Below are positions 1 through 9,538 of a stretch of 64,000 bases of DNA, piece after piece; the first letter of the stretch is position 1; each line of letters starts with the position of its first letter. The notes beneath the pieces were generated by a model, which was given only the letters and a program-made list of their open reading frames with translations, searched no databases and was not told the origin of the DNA. The DNA is from Clostridia bacterium. Its GTDB lineage: Bacteria; Bacillota; Clostridia; Christensenellales; QALW01. The stretch is from contig JAZRYL010000042.1 of the NCBI GenBank assembly GCA_045600705.1, positions 15,833-79,832 of the forward strand, read 5' to 3'. The position numbers and the translations under genes are program-made.

Positions 1-751
1 AAACTTCAGCGAACACGCTGTCCGCAACGGATTTTTCTATTTTTGTGTCAAGAAAATGTTCCACCGCATAAACCGCCTGCATAACAAGCATATAAAGTCC
101 GCCCTCTGCCTTAATGTTGCGGCTTTGCGCATCAAGTACAAGATTTGTGCGCAGGGGATTATATACCGCATCCACCACTCCCGAAAGGTGCGGGAACGCA
201 TCAAGCTTTATGGGTTGTCCGTCACATTCGGGGTACATTCCCACGGGAGTTGTATTGATGATAACGTCCGCATCCGAATGTACCGTTGCCGCTTCTTCAT
301 AGGTTACAACAGCATCCGTTTTTCTTCGGCTGACCGTAAGCACCTGCGATGCGCCCATATCCTCCGCAACTACACGAACGGTTTTACTTGTTCCACCCGA
401 CCCAAGCACAAGCACTTTTTTATCATTCAAATCAATGCCTGTTTTTTCGATAAGTGCTTTTATTCCGTAATAATCCGTGTTGTATCCGTAAAGCTTGCCG
501 TGTTTATTGACTACGGTGTTTACGCTTCCTATGCGTTTTGCAACGTCGCTTACAAAATCCATATACGGAATGACCGTTTGCTTATACGGTATGGTAACGT
601 TAATTGCTTCAAACGGCTTTTCCGTAAAAAACTGAGCGATTTCGTCCTCGGAAAGTTCTATCAGTTCGTATTCGTAATCCGCAAGCAATGCGTGAATTTC
701 TTTTGAAAAACTGTGCGTCAGTTTTTTTCCGATACATCCGTATTTCTTCAT
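1..751 (-). CDS. aroE: shikimate dehydrogenase, 3' end cut by window edge
   Basis: Absent from the ORF track because there is no stop in the window. Hand translation from the ATG at 751 gives MKKYGCIGKKLTHSFSKEIH..NVTIPYK..GYNTD..VLGSGGTSK. RBS AAAGGAAAG lies upstream. It follows aroC in the same operon. Confidence 0.85.
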   Translation of the reverse strand, partial: MKKYGCIGKKLTHSFSKEIHALLADYEYELIELSEDEIAQFFTEKPFEAINVTIPYKQTVIPYMDFVSDVAKRIGSVNTVVNKHGKLYGYNTDYYGIKALIEKTGIDLNDKKVLVLGSGGTSKTVRVVAEDMGASQVLTVSRRKTDAVVTYEEAATVHSDADVIINTTPVGMYPECDGQPIKLDAFPHLSGVVDAVYNPLRTNLVLDAQSRNIKAEGGLYMLVMQAVYAVEHFLDTKIEKSVADSVFAEV

Positions 752-783
752 AAAAACTTTCCTTTCTTCTGAAAATGCGTGAT

Positions 784-1872
784 TTATTTAAGCCAATCGG
801 TGCCGAAACGAAGTGCAAGAGCATCGCACAAAACGATTGCCGTTGCCGCATCCTGCACCGCACGTGCTCTGTGAACTATTGCCGGGTCGTGTCTGCCCTC
901 GCTTTCAAGCACCGTGTCCGTCATTGTGCGGAAATCAACCGTGTTTTGCGGTCTGAATAACGTGGGTGTCGGCTTTATCGCCGTGCGGAAAATAATGGGC
1001 ATACCGTTAGTAATTCCGCCGTTGATGCCGCCGTTGTTGTTGGTGTCGGTAACAACTTTTCCGTCCGAAACGTGCATTAAATCGTTTGCCGAGCTTCCAC
1101 GCATATCGGCAATATCAAAGCCAATGCCGAATTCTATTCCCTTTACCGCAGGAACGGAAAACATCATATGGGAAATAAGTCCCTCCACAGTATCGAACCA
1201 TGGCTCGCCCACCCCTGCGGGAACACCCGTAACCGCCGTTTCAAGAACACCGCCTACGCTGTCCTTTTCCTCAGCGGCACGGAGAATTTCGCTTTTCATT
1301 TTTTCTCCGCTTGCTTCGTCAAGCACGGCAAAGGTCTTTTCGTTAAGTATTTTTATGTCATTTTTCAAATTATCAAATTCTCTGTCGGAAATTCCTGCGC
1401 ATTTTTTAATGTGAGTGCCGATACAGATGCCTTTTTGCTCCAAAGCGAATTTACAAACAGCACCTGCGGCAACAAGCGCCGCCGTAATTCTGCCGCTGAA
1501 ATGTCCGCCCCCGCGGGAATCCTGAAATCCGTGATATTTACATTCCGCCGTAAAATCTGCGTGGGACGGCCGAGCAACCGTCTGCATTTGCGCATAATCG
1601 GCGCTTTTCACGTTTTCGTTTGGAATAAGCACCGTAAGGGGCGTGCCTGTGGTCAATCCGTTCACTGCGCCGCTGATGATTTTGTATTCGTCCTTTTCCG
1701 CACGGGGCGTGGAAATTTTGCCTACGGGACGGCGGAACGTCAACATACGGGAAATATATTCACGGTCAATTTTTATTCCGGGTGCAAGTCCGTCTACCGT
1801 TGCGCCTATAAATTCGCCGTGGCTTTCGCCGAAAAGCGTTACCGAAATGCTGTTGCCGAACGTATTTTTCAT
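784..1872 (-). CDS. aroC: chorismate synthase
   Basis: 362-aa ORF. N-terminus FGNSISVTLFGESHGEFIGATVDGLAPG, plus ARPSHADF and RHDPAIV blocks typical of AroC. Confidence 0.95.
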   Translation of the reverse strand: MKNTFGNSISVTLFGESHGEFIGATVDGLAPGIKIDREYISRMLTFRRPVGKISTPRAEKDEYKIISGAVNGLTTGTPLTVLIPNENVKSADYAQMQTVARPSHADFTAECKYHGFQDSRGGGHFSGRITAALVAAGAVCKFALEQKGICIGTHIKKCAGISDREFDNLKNDIKILNEKTFAVLDEASGEKMKSEILRAAEEKDSVGGVLETAVTGVPAGVGEPWFDTVEGLISHMMFSVPAVKGIEFGIGFDIADMRGSSANDLMHVSDGKVVTDTNNNGGINGGITNGMPIIFRTAIKPTPTLFRPQNTVDFRTMTDTVLESEGRHDPAIVHRARAVQDAATAIVLCDALALRFGTDWLK

Positions 1873-1876
1873 ACTT

Positions 1877-2890
1877 TTAGCCCTCCAAACAGATTTTTGC
1901 CGTTTTTACGACTTCCGAACACTTCATTTTTTGCAAATTCGCCTTGCCGATTTCGTCTGCCGTAACAACCGTTACCGTATCTCCGTCGGATTTTTTATCG
2001 TGAAACATGGCTTCCTCGATTTTGTTCCAGTCGTAATTTATTTCACGGTACAAGCCGTATTTTTCAAGCACCTTTTTTACCCGTGAACGCACGTTTTCAC
2101 CGCACATGGGAAGCATACCGAGTGCAACACATTCGCCGTGATAAAGCTCGTGCATACCCTGACTGCTTTCAATTCCGTGCCCCACCGTATGCCCGAAATT
2201 AAGTATTTTGCGAAGTCCCGATTCCTTTTCGTCCTGCTCCACCACGTTTTTCTTAATCATAAGCGAACGGACGATCATTTCGTCAATATCCTTTTCGATA
2301 TTTCCGTTTTCGAACAATTCAAACAGTTCTGCGTCCGACGTAACCGACATTTTTATTGCTTCCGCAATGCCGTTTGATATTTGCCGTGCAGGAAGCGTTT
2401 TCAAAAGTTCGGGGTCTATCAGTACCTTTTTCGGCTGATAGAACGCTCCCACAATATTTTTAACTCCGCAGAAATTTACCGCCGTTTTTCCGCCGATAGA
2501 TGAATCTATTTGGGAAAGAAGCGTTGTAGGCACGTTGTAGAAATCTATTCCGCGCATATAGGCAGATGCGGCAAAGCCCGAAAGATCGCCTACCACACCG
2601 CCGCCAACGGCAACAACGCAATCTTTTCTTGAAAAGCCGTGTTCCAGCATTGCCTGAAGCACCTGACCGAACACTTCAATACTTTTCGAATTCTCGCCCT
2701 CGTTTACGGTCAATACGGTTCCGTCCTTGCACTGCGAAAGAAGTGCTTGCGAATATTCCTTCGGCACGCCCTTGTCCGTTACGATAAGAACTTTTCTGTT
2801 AAGCTCAAGATACTTACCTGCGTTTTTCAAAGCGTTACGTTCTATAACGATATCGTAGCCGTTTTTGTCCAAATTCATCCGTAAAATCAT
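1877..2890 (-). CDS. aroB: 3-dehydroquinate synthase
   Basis: 337-aa ORF with GGGVVGDLSGFAASAYMRGIDFYNVPTTLLSQIDSSIGGKTAVN and the HTVGHGIE metal site. Confidence 0.93.
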   Translation of the reverse strand: MILRMNLDKNGYDIVIERNALKNAGKYLELNRKVLIVTDKGVPKEYSQALLSQCKDGTVLTVNEGENSKSIEVFGQVLQAMLEHGFSRKDCVVAVGGGVVGDLSGFAASAYMRGIDFYNVPTTLLSQIDSSIGGKTAVNFCGVKNIVGAFYQPKKVLIDPELLKTLPARQISNGIAEAIKMSVTSDAELFELFENGNIEKDIDEMIVRSLMIKKNVVEQDEKESGLRKILNFGHTVGHGIESSQGMHELYHGECVALGMLPMCGENVRSRVKKVLEKYGLYREINYDWNKIEEAMFHDKKSDGDTVTVVTADEIGKANLQKMKCSEVVKTAKICLEG

Positions 2891-2900
2891 TTTTATCTCC

Positions 2901-3989
2901 TCATATTTCGGTATGGGGAGCGAATGTTCCCGCCACCTTAAGCTGACTGCATACCTGAGTCAGTTCGGCAATCATCTGTTCGCCCTTATCCGTATTGACA
3001 GTGCCGTCGATTTCAACATAAAAATAATACTGCCACGAATGTTTTTTCGACGGTCTGCTGCGAAGTGCGCTCATATTGTATCCGAATTTTCCGATAATGC
3101 TGATCGCCTTGGCAAGTGTGCCTACTTCGTGTTTAACGGTGAACATCAGCACCGAGCTTGTAAGTGACGGCGACTTTGCTTTGACTTTGGAAAGCACCGC
3201 AAACCGAGTGGTGTTTTTACTGCTTTTATTTATGTTTGCCGCTAAAATCTTTAATCCGTAAAGTTCTGCGGTTTCGGCACTTGCAACAGCACCAAGCGAT
3301 TTATCCTTTGCCTCCGCCACGAATTTTGCCGCCACCGCCGTATTGCTTGCTTCCTCTGCTTCAAGTCCGTGTTTTTCAATGTAATCGTGGCATTGGGCAA
3401 GCGCCTGCGGATGACTTAATACTTTCTTTATATCCTCCGCCGAGGAATCGGGAATTCCGAGCAGATTTTGATGAATTTCAAGCTCGTATATGCCGTTTAT
3501 AAAAAGGTTGCCCGAAAAAATCAAGTCAACAGTCTGTCCCACCTCACCTGCATAACTGTTCTCAATGGGAAGCACCGCCACGTCGTTTTCGCCGTTTGAC
3601 ACCGAATCGTACGCCGACTTGAAATCACGGTAAGAAATCGTACTGCTTTCGGGGAAAATCCTGCCTGCGGCAATATGGGCGAACGCCCCCTCAACACCGC
3701 AATATGCCACCTTCAGACCGCTTTGCATACGGTACTGATACGCACGGGAAACGGACATCGTATTTTTAAGAAAGTCGATGTAATATTCTTTCAGCACGTC
3801 GTCCGCTATCATTGCGGAATTCTTTTTGATAACCTCATCCTCTCTTTTTTGGTCGAGAATAGGAAGTCCGAATTCCTTTTTGTATTCAAGAACCGATTCC
3901 GCCGCCCTCATTCGCTTTACGAACAGTTCCGCCATTTGGGAGTCCACTTCATTTATGATTTTTCTTGCTTCCTCAAGCTTGCTTGCCAT
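2901..3989 (-). CDS. pheA: bifunctional chorismate mutase / prephenate dehydratase (P-protein) with C-terminal ACT domain
   Basis: 362 aa. N-terminal AroQ-type mutase helix (IDSQMAELFVKRMRAA..GLPILDQKREDEV), a dehydratase core (VAYCGVEGAFAHIAA..TTRFAVL) and an ACT region ending in the SALRSRPS motif. Confidence 0.9.
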   Translation of the reverse strand: MASKLEEARKIINEVDSQMAELFVKRMRAAESVLEYKKEFGLPILDQKREDEVIKKNSAMIADDVLKEYYIDFLKNTMSVSRAYQYRMQSGLKVAYCGVEGAFAHIAAGRIFPESSTISYRDFKSAYDSVSNGENDVAVLPIENSYAGEVGQTVDLIFSGNLFINGIYELEIHQNLLGIPDSSAEDIKKVLSHPQALAQCHDYIEKHGLEAEEASNTAVAAKFVAEAKDKSLGAVASAETAELYGLKILAANINKSSKNTTRFAVLSKVKAKSPSLTSSVLMFTVKHEVGTLAKAISIIGKFGYNMSALRSRPSKKHSWQYYFYVEIDGTVNTDKGEQMIAELTQVCSQLKVAGTFAPHTEI

Positions 3990-4005
3990 AATAAAAACGT
4001 TCCTT

Positions 4006-5040
4006 TCAAAGTTTTTCCGCTATATCGAAAATAAGACGTTCCGTTTTTTCCCAGCCCAAGCACGGGTCGGTAATAGACTTGCCGAAGGTGTGTTCGCCCA
4101 CCTTTTGTGCGCCGTCCTCAATGTAGCTTTCTATCATAAGTCCCTTTATAAGATGTCTTATATCGGGATTTTGGTTGCAGCTGTAAACGATATCCTTTGC
4201 TATACGAATTTGTTCAAGGTACTGTTTGCCCGAATTGTTATGGTTCGTGTCCACGATAACGGACGGATTTACCAAATTCGATTTTTCGTAAAGGTCACGC
4301 ACTCTCAAAAGGTCCTCATAATGATAGTTGGAAGTGCTTCTTCCCGCATAATCCACATATCCGCGAAGAATTGCGTGTGCATAGGGATTTCCTGCACTTG
4401 TGACCTCCCAGCCACGGTAAATGAACGTATGACTTCCCTGCGCCGCTACTATGGAATTCATCATAACGCTTAAATCGCCGCCGGTAGGATTTTTCATACC
4501 GACAGGTGCTTCTATTCCGCTTGCGGTAAGACGGTGCTGCTGATTTTCCACCGAACGTGCGCCGATGGCAACGTAGGAAAGCAAATCCGAAAGATAACGG
4601 TAATTCTCCGGATAAAGCATTTCGTCCGCACAGGTAAAACCGTAATCCTTAAGTGCCGCAAGGTGAAGCTCACGAATTGCAACTATTCCCTTATACATAT
4701 CCGGCTTTGCTTCCGGGTCCGGCTGATGAAGCATTCCCTTGTAGCCCTGACCGGTCGTTCTCGGTTTGTTGGTGTAAATTCTCGGAATAATGATTATCTT
4801 GTCAGCCACCTGTTCGGAAATTCTCTCTAAGCGTGAAATATATTCAAGTACGGGTTCACGGTGGTCCGCCGAGCAGGGACCGATTATAAGAATGAATTTG
4901 TCCGATTTTCCCTCGAACACCGCTTTAATTTCCGCATCACGTTTCTCCTTGACCTTGACCATTTCATCGGTAAGGGGGAATTCTGCCTTAACTTCTTTGG
5001 GAATAGGAAGCTTTCTGTGGAACGTCATTTGCATTTTCAA
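4006..5040 (-). CDS. 3-deoxy-7-phosphoheptulonate (DAHP) synthase, class I (AroF/G/H family)
   Basis: 344 aa with ILIIGPCSADHREPVLEYISRL, KPRTTGQGYKGM and DTNHNNSGKQ blocks. First gene of the aro operon. Confidence 0.9.
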   Translation of the reverse strand: MKMQMTFHRKLPIPKEVKAEFPLTDEMVKVKEKRDAEIKAVFEGKSDKFILIIGPCSADHREPVLEYISRLERISEQVADKIIIIPRIYTNKPRTTGQGYKGMLHQPDPEAKPDMYKGIVAIRELHLAALKDYGFTCADEMLYPENYRYLSDLLSYVAIGARSVENQQHRLTASGIEAPVGMKNPTGGDLSVMMNSIVAAQGSHTFIYRGWEVTSAGNPYAHAILRGYVDYAGRSTSNYHYEDLLRVRDLYEKSNLVNPSVIVDTNHNNSGKQYLEQIRIAKDIVYSCNQNPDIRHLIKGLMIESYIEDGAQKVGEHTFGKSITDPCLGWEKTERLIFDIAEKL

Positions 5041-5075
5041 TTACCTCGTTTCTTATATTCTATCACATTTTCTGA

Positions 5076-5128
5076 AATAAAAAAAGTCCGACTTTCTGTC
5101 TGCCTTAATGCACGACGAATTCGGACTG
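5076..5128 (-). terminator. attenuator terminator 2 of the aro leader
   Basis: Minus-strand RNA AGTCCGA-ATTC-GTCGTGC-ATTAAG-GCAGAC-AGAAAG-TCGGACT followed by UUUUUUUAUUU. It sits between leader ORF 2 and the DAHP synthase RBS. Confidence 0.7.
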
Positions 5129-5153
5129 TCCGTTTTATATGCTTCAATGAATT

Positions 5154-5222
5154 TTATTTGAATTCACATAAATACGAACGGTCCGTTCTAAAGTAATAAT
5201 AATATGATGCGTAAATTTTCAT
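5154..5222 (-). CDS. aromatic leader peptide 2 (22 codons: MKIYASYYYYFRTDRSYLCEFK)
   Basis: ATG at 5222 is preceded by AAGGAGA. Codons 7-11 run Tyr-Tyr-Tyr-Tyr-Phe. Followed by attenuator terminator 2. Confidence 0.6.
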   Translation of the reverse strand: MKIYASYYYYFRTDRSYLCEFK

Positions 5223-5242
5223 AACTCTATCTCCTTTTTTTG

Positions 5243-5295
5243 AAAAATAAAAAATCCGCATTGCTCAGTATGCTTAAAAGCACGGCAAATGCGGA
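5243..5295 (-). terminator. attenuator terminator 1 of the aro leader
   Basis: Minus-strand stem TCCGCATT..AATGCGGA (8 bp plus inner pairs) followed by UUUUUUAUUUUU. Lies directly upstream of the leader ORF 2 RBS. Confidence 0.7.
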
Positions 5296-5321
5296 CTGTC
5301 CATTCAAATTGACTTAAGAAA

Positions 5322-5390
5322 TTATTCTTCATTAGTCACAAAAGACGGACAGCCCTTTTTATAATAATAAAAGTAAAACTTATTATTCAC
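5322..5390 (-). CDS. aromatic leader peptide 1 (22 codons: VNNKFYFYYYKKGCPSFVTNEE)
   Basis: GTG at 5390 lies 10 nt after AAAGGAGGT. Codons 5-10 run Phe-Tyr-Phe-Tyr-Tyr-Tyr. GGGCTGTCC inside the ORF is complementary (with one G-U pair) to GGACAGTCC, which abuts terminator 1. Confidence 0.6.
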   Translation of the reverse strand: MNNKFYFYYYKKGCPSFVTNEE

Positions 5391-5424
5391 GGTAAAAGCT
5401 ACCTCCTTTGTGATTTATGTTAGT

Positions 5425-5453
5425 AGTATAGCACACAAAAATCTGTTCGTCAA
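5425..5453 (-). promoter_or_regulatory. sigma-A type promoter of the aro operon leader
   Basis: Minus strand TTGACG, 17 nt, TATACT with an upstream TG (TGCTATACT). Confidence 0.55.
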
Positions 5454-5497
5454 ATATTTTTTTGCAGGTCAAAAAAAAGAATTCACGTTGTTTTTTA

Positions 5498-5526
5498 TTG
5501 CAAAATACCCTAATATGTTATATAAT
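5498..5526 (+). promoter_or_regulatory. sigma-A type promoter of the miaB-mutS-mutL-miaA operon
   Basis: TTGCAA, 17 nt, TATAAT, about 35 nt upstream of the miaB start. Confidence 0.55.
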
Positions 5527-5561
5527 TATATATAATATACATATGTTAAGGAGCGAAAATT

Positions 5562-6959
5562 TTGCAGAAGGTTAAAAGTTTTAAGATTACCTGTGAAAGT
5601 GAATATATTGGTAAAGTAAAAGAATTTTTCGGCACGAAAAAGCACACGTATTTTGTGGAAACCTACGGTTGCCAAATGAACGTGCGTGACTCGCAGACTC
5701 TTTCGGGAATGTTTGAGCAGATGGGCTACGAAAAGTCCGAAACAAGAGAGGACGCCGATGCGGTAATATTCAATACCTGCTGTGTGCGTGAAAACGCCGA
5801 AGACCGCCTGCTTGGCAATTTGGGCAAGCTGAAGCAAATAAAACAAAAGCGTCCCGATATGCTTGTTATGATTTGCGGTTGTATGATGCAGGAGCCGGGC
5901 ACGGTAGAAAAAATCAAGAAAAGATTTAAGTTTGTTGACGTAATATTCGGCACGCACAATTCCTTTGAAATGCCGAAGCTTATGTATTCGGCGCTTTCGA
6001 TGAAGCAAAGCACTTATGCGATTTGGGACAAGGAAGGCGAAATCATCGAAGAAATGCCCGTAAAGCGTGAGCGTGATGTTACCGCTTGGGTAAACATTAT
6101 GTACGGCTGCAACAATTTCTGTTCATACTGCATCGTTCCGTACGTTCGGGGCAGAGAACGTTCAAGAAAGAGCGACGACATTATAAAAGAAGTTACCGAG
6201 CTTGCCGAATCGGGCGTAAAGGAAGTTTGTCTTTTAGGTCAGAACGTAAATTCCTACGGAAAAGACTCTGACGAAATATCTTTCCCCCGGCTTCTTCGCA
6301 AGCTTAACGAAATCGAAAAATTAGAGCGCATCCGCTTTATGACAAGTCACCCGAAGGACCTTTCCGACGACCTTATTTCCGCAATGGCGGAATGTAACAA
6401 GGTCTGCAAATATCTGCACCTGCCCGTACAGTCCGGTTCAAACAGAATTCTTTCACTTATGAACCGCCGCTACACCCGTGAAGATTATCTTCTTTTAGTT
6501 AAAAAGCTTCGTGAAAAAATGCCCGAAATCGCTATTTCCACGGACATAATCGTGGGCTTCCCCACGGAAACGGAAGAAGATTTCCTTGACACCTTAGACC
6601 TTTACGAAAAGGTTTGCTATAATTCGGCATTCACGTTCGTGTATTCACCGAGAGTCGGCACTCCTGCGGCAAAAATGGACGGTCAGATTCCCGAAGAAGT
6701 CACCAAGGACCGTATGGCTCGCCTTATTAAAATGAGCGAGGAATGTTCCCTTAAAACCAATGAGCCGTATATAAACAATACCTATTCCGTGCTCGTTGAA
6801 GGCGTTTCCCGCAAAAACGAAACCGAACTTTCCGGCAAGACCGACACCGGCAGATCCGTTTCGTTCAAGGGCTCGTCCGAGCTTATCGGCAAAATCGTAA
6901 AAGTTAAAATAACCGGTTCAAAATTAAATCTTCTCTTTGGAGAATTGGAGGAAAAATAA
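5562..6959 (+). CDS. miaB: tRNA-2-methylthio-N6-dimethylallyladenosine synthase (radical SAM methylthiotransferase)
   Basis: 465 aa. Has the YFVETYGCQMNVRDS UPF0004 domain, the radical-SAM CNNFCSYCIVP motif and a C-terminal TRAM domain. TTG start after AAGGAG. Confidence 0.92.
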   Translation: MQKVKSFKITCESEYIGKVKEFFGTKKHTYFVETYGCQMNVRDSQTLSGMFEQMGYEKSETREDADAVIFNTCCVRENAEDRLLGNLGKLKQIKQKRPDMLVMICGCMMQEPGTVEKIKKRFKFVDVIFGTHNSFEMPKLMYSALSMKQSTYAIWDKEGEIIEEMPVKRERDVTAWVNIMYGCNNFCSYCIVPYVRGRERSRKSDDIIKEVTELAESGVKEVCLLGQNVNSYGKDSDEISFPRLLRKLNEIEKLERIRFMTSHPKDLSDDLISAMAECNKVCKYLHLPVQSGSNRILSLMNRRYTREDYLLLVKKLREKMPEIAISTDIIVGFPTETEEDFLDTLDLYEKVCYNSAFTFVYSPRVGTPAAKMDGQIPEEVTKDRMARLIKMSEECSLKTNEPYINNTYSVLVEGVSRKNETELSGKTDTGRSVSFKGSSELIGKIVKVKITGSKLNLLFGELEEK

Positions 6960-9538
6960 TGCCCCTTTCACCTATGATGCAACGGTACGTTGACTTAAAA
7001 GAACATTATAAGGACTGTCTTGTATTCTACCGATTAGGCGATTTTTACGAAATGTTCTTTGACGATGCAAAAATCGCTTCAAAGGAGCTTCAGCTCGCCC
7101 TCACCGGCAGAGATTGCGGTTTGACGGAAAAAGCACCTATGTGCGGTGTTCCGCACCACAGTGTGAACACTTACATAAACCGCCTGCTTGCAAAAAACTA
7201 CAAGGTCGCAATTTGCGAACAGCTTTCCGACCCCAAGGCATCAAAAGGTCTTGTGGAACGTGGCATCGTCCGTGTTGTTACTCCCGGAACGATTATTGAG
7301 GACGATATGCTTGACAGCAAGTCCAACAACTTTCTTGCCGCAGTATATCTTCTTAAGGACAAGTGCGGAATTTCCTGGGCGGACGTTTCAACCGGCGAAT
7401 TCAACACCTGCTGTGTAGATGCGGATATCACTCTTGATGCCGTTTCTTCACGCTTGCTTGAGATAAATCCCACCGAAATACTCGTAAACAGAGAATTTCT
7501 TGACCGTTCGGACTCGATTCCTCAATACATAAGAAAACAGTTAAAGCCGTTTGCCTGCTCGACGCTTTTCGACGGTGATGCGGATGCGGGATTTTTCGAC
7601 CGCTTTAAGGATTGGAGCAAGAACGGCAAAAAATACGTTCATTCAACCAAGTCCTCGGCGGCACTGTGGGCATATCTTATCGAAACGCAGAAAAACGTAC
7701 TTGCCCACATGAACAGAATTACGTTTATTGAAGATACCGATCATCTTATTCTTGATGCGGCGGCGATAAAAAACCTTGAACTGTTCAATTCTATGGGTGA
7801 TCACGGCACACGAGGAACCCTTTTGTGGCTTTTGGATAAAACCGAAACACCTATGGGCGGCAGAAAAATTAAGACGTTTCTTGAACGTCCTTTGCGTAAC
7901 AAGGACGCCATAAACAAGCGACTTGACGGCGTTGAAGAACTTAAAAATAACTATGCGCTCCGTGAAGACCTTAAGGAAGCGCTTTCGGAAATTTCCGATA
8001 TAGAGCGAATTTGCACCCGTGTTTCCTACGGCACGGTAAATGCCCGTGAAGCGGTATTTATGCGCAAATCACTTAAAAATCTTCCTAAGGTGAAATCACT
8101 TCTTGAAAATTCTTCTTCGGAAGCGGTAAAGGAAATATTCGATAACATCGACACACTTACGGACATTTATGATTTGCTTGAAGCAAGCATTGCGGACGAC
8201 CCCGCCGACAGTATCACCGAGGGCGGAATAATCAAAAAGGGTTATGACGAAAATCTTGATAAGTACCGTGATGCGGTGGAAAACGGTCAAAGCTGGATTT
8301 TGCGCCTTGAAAATCAGTACCGTGAAGAAACGGGAATAAAACAGCTTAAAATCAAGTATAACAAGGTATTCGGTTATTCAATCGAAGTCACCAACAGTTA
8401 CAAGGATAAGGTTCCTTACACGTTCACACGCAGACAAACTCTTGCCGGTGCGGAACGTTACACCACCGATGAACTGAAAAAAACCGAAGAACTTATTTCG
8501 GGAAGCTCGGAAAAAGCAATTCGCCTTGAATACCAAATTTTCACAAAAGTGCGTGAAACACTTTTTGATGCGATTTTCCGCATAAGAAAAACATCGGAAG
8601 CCATTTCCGTGCTTGACGTGCTTCTTTCCCTTGCAAACCTTGCGGATGAAAACAACTACGTTCGTCCGAGCATCAATACCGACGGCAAAATTGAGATATT
8701 TTCGGGCAGACATCCTGTCATCGAGGCGATGCAAAAGGACCTTGCCTTTGTGCCCAACGACACATTCCTTGATAACGGGGACAACAGATTTATGGTTATT
8801 ACCGGCCCCAATATGGCAGGTAAGTCCACATATATGCGTCAAACGGCTCTTATCACGCTTATGGCGCACTTGGGAAGTTTCGTTCCTGCACAAAGTGCAA
8901 ACATTTCCGTTTGCGACAGAATTTTCACCCGTGTGGGCGCTTCCGATGACCTTTCGGCAGGTCAGTCAACTTTTATGCTTGAAATGACCGAAGTGGCTAA
9001 CATCATTAAGTGCGCCACCAAGGATTCGCTTATTATCCTTGACGAAATCGGCAGAGGCACTTCCACCTTTGACGGACTTTCTATTGCGTGGGCGGTCACC
9101 GAATACATTTCCGATAAAAAATATATCGGTGCAAAAACCCTGTTCGCCACTCACTATCACGAGCTTTCCGAGCTTGAAGGCACTCTTGAGGGCGTAAAAA
9201 ATTACTGCATTACCGCCAAGGAATACGGCGACGACGTTATTTTCCTGCGCAAAATCGTTCGTGGAAGCGCAGACAAAAGTTTCGGTATCGCCGTTGCCCA
9301 CCTTGCAGGTATTCCCAAACCCGTGCTTAACCGTGCAAAGGATATTCTTTCCGACCTGGAAAAGGCGGACATCACCCGCGGTGCTGAACCGAGTTCAACG
9401 CAAACGACTATGTTCGTTTCCGACAATACCGCAAAAATCATCGACGAATTAAAGGAAATCGACGTAAACACGCTTACGCCCATTCAGGCGATAAACATTC
9501 TTTGTGAATTAAGAGAAAAGGCAAAGAGAGAATTATGA
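6959..9538 (+). CDS. mutS: DNA mismatch repair protein MutS
   Basis: 859 aa with TPMMQRY-like N-terminus (SPMMQRYVDLKEHYKDCLVFYRLGDFYEMF), Walker A GPNMAGKSTYMRQ and DEIGRGTSTFDG. Start overlaps the miaB stop by 1 nt. Confidence 0.97.
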   Translation: MPLSPMMQRYVDLKEHYKDCLVFYRLGDFYEMFFDDAKIASKELQLALTGRDCGLTEKAPMCGVPHHSVNTYINRLLAKNYKVAICEQLSDPKASKGLVERGIVRVVTPGTIIEDDMLDSKSNNFLAAVYLLKDKCGISWADVSTGEFNTCCVDADITLDAVSSRLLEINPTEILVNREFLDRSDSIPQYIRKQLKPFACSTLFDGDADAGFFDRFKDWSKNGKKYVHSTKSSAALWAYLIETQKNVLAHMNRITFIEDTDHLILDAAAIKNLELFNSMGDHGTRGTLLWLLDKTETPMGGRKIKTFLERPLRNKDAINKRLDGVEELKNNYALREDLKEALSEISDIERICTRVSYGTVNAREAVFMRKSLKNLPKVKSLLENSSSEAVKEIFDNIDTLTDIYDLLEASIADDPADSITEGGIIKKGYDENLDKYRDAVENGQSWILRLENQYREETGIKQLKIKYNKVFGYSIEVTNSYKDKVPYTFTRRQTLAGAERYTTDELKKTEELISGSSEKAIRLEYQIFTKVRETLFDAIFRIRKTSEAISVLDVLLSLANLADENNYVRPSINTDGKIEIFSGRHPVIEAMQKDLAFVPNDTFLDNGDNRFMVITGPNMAGKSTYMRQTALITLMAHLGSFVPAQSANISVCDRIFTRVGASDDLSAGQSTFMLEMTEVANIIKCATKDSLIILDEIGRGTSTFDGLSIAWAVTEYISDKKYIGAKTLFATHYHELSELEGTLEGVKNYCITAKEYGDDVIFLRKIVRGSADKSFGIAVAHLAGIPKPVLNRAKDILSDLEKADITRGAEPSSTQTTMFVSDNTAKIIDELKEIDVNTLTPIQAINILCELREKAKREL

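Noticed and set aside
56-706. 216-aa plus-strand ORF (and the nested 114-302 ORF) at the left edge
   Set aside because: It is the antisense shadow of aroE. It has no RBS and a low-complexity, Cys/Arg/Ile-rich composition. The minus-strand frame gives a complete shikimate dehydrogenase motif set.
5041-5453. T-box riboswitch upstream of the aro operon, the usual Firmicute solution
   Set aside because: I could not find a T-box core (AGGGUGGNACCGCG-like) or a specifier-loop architecture. Two SD-preceded aromatic-codon-rich mini-ORFs with terminators explain the leader better.
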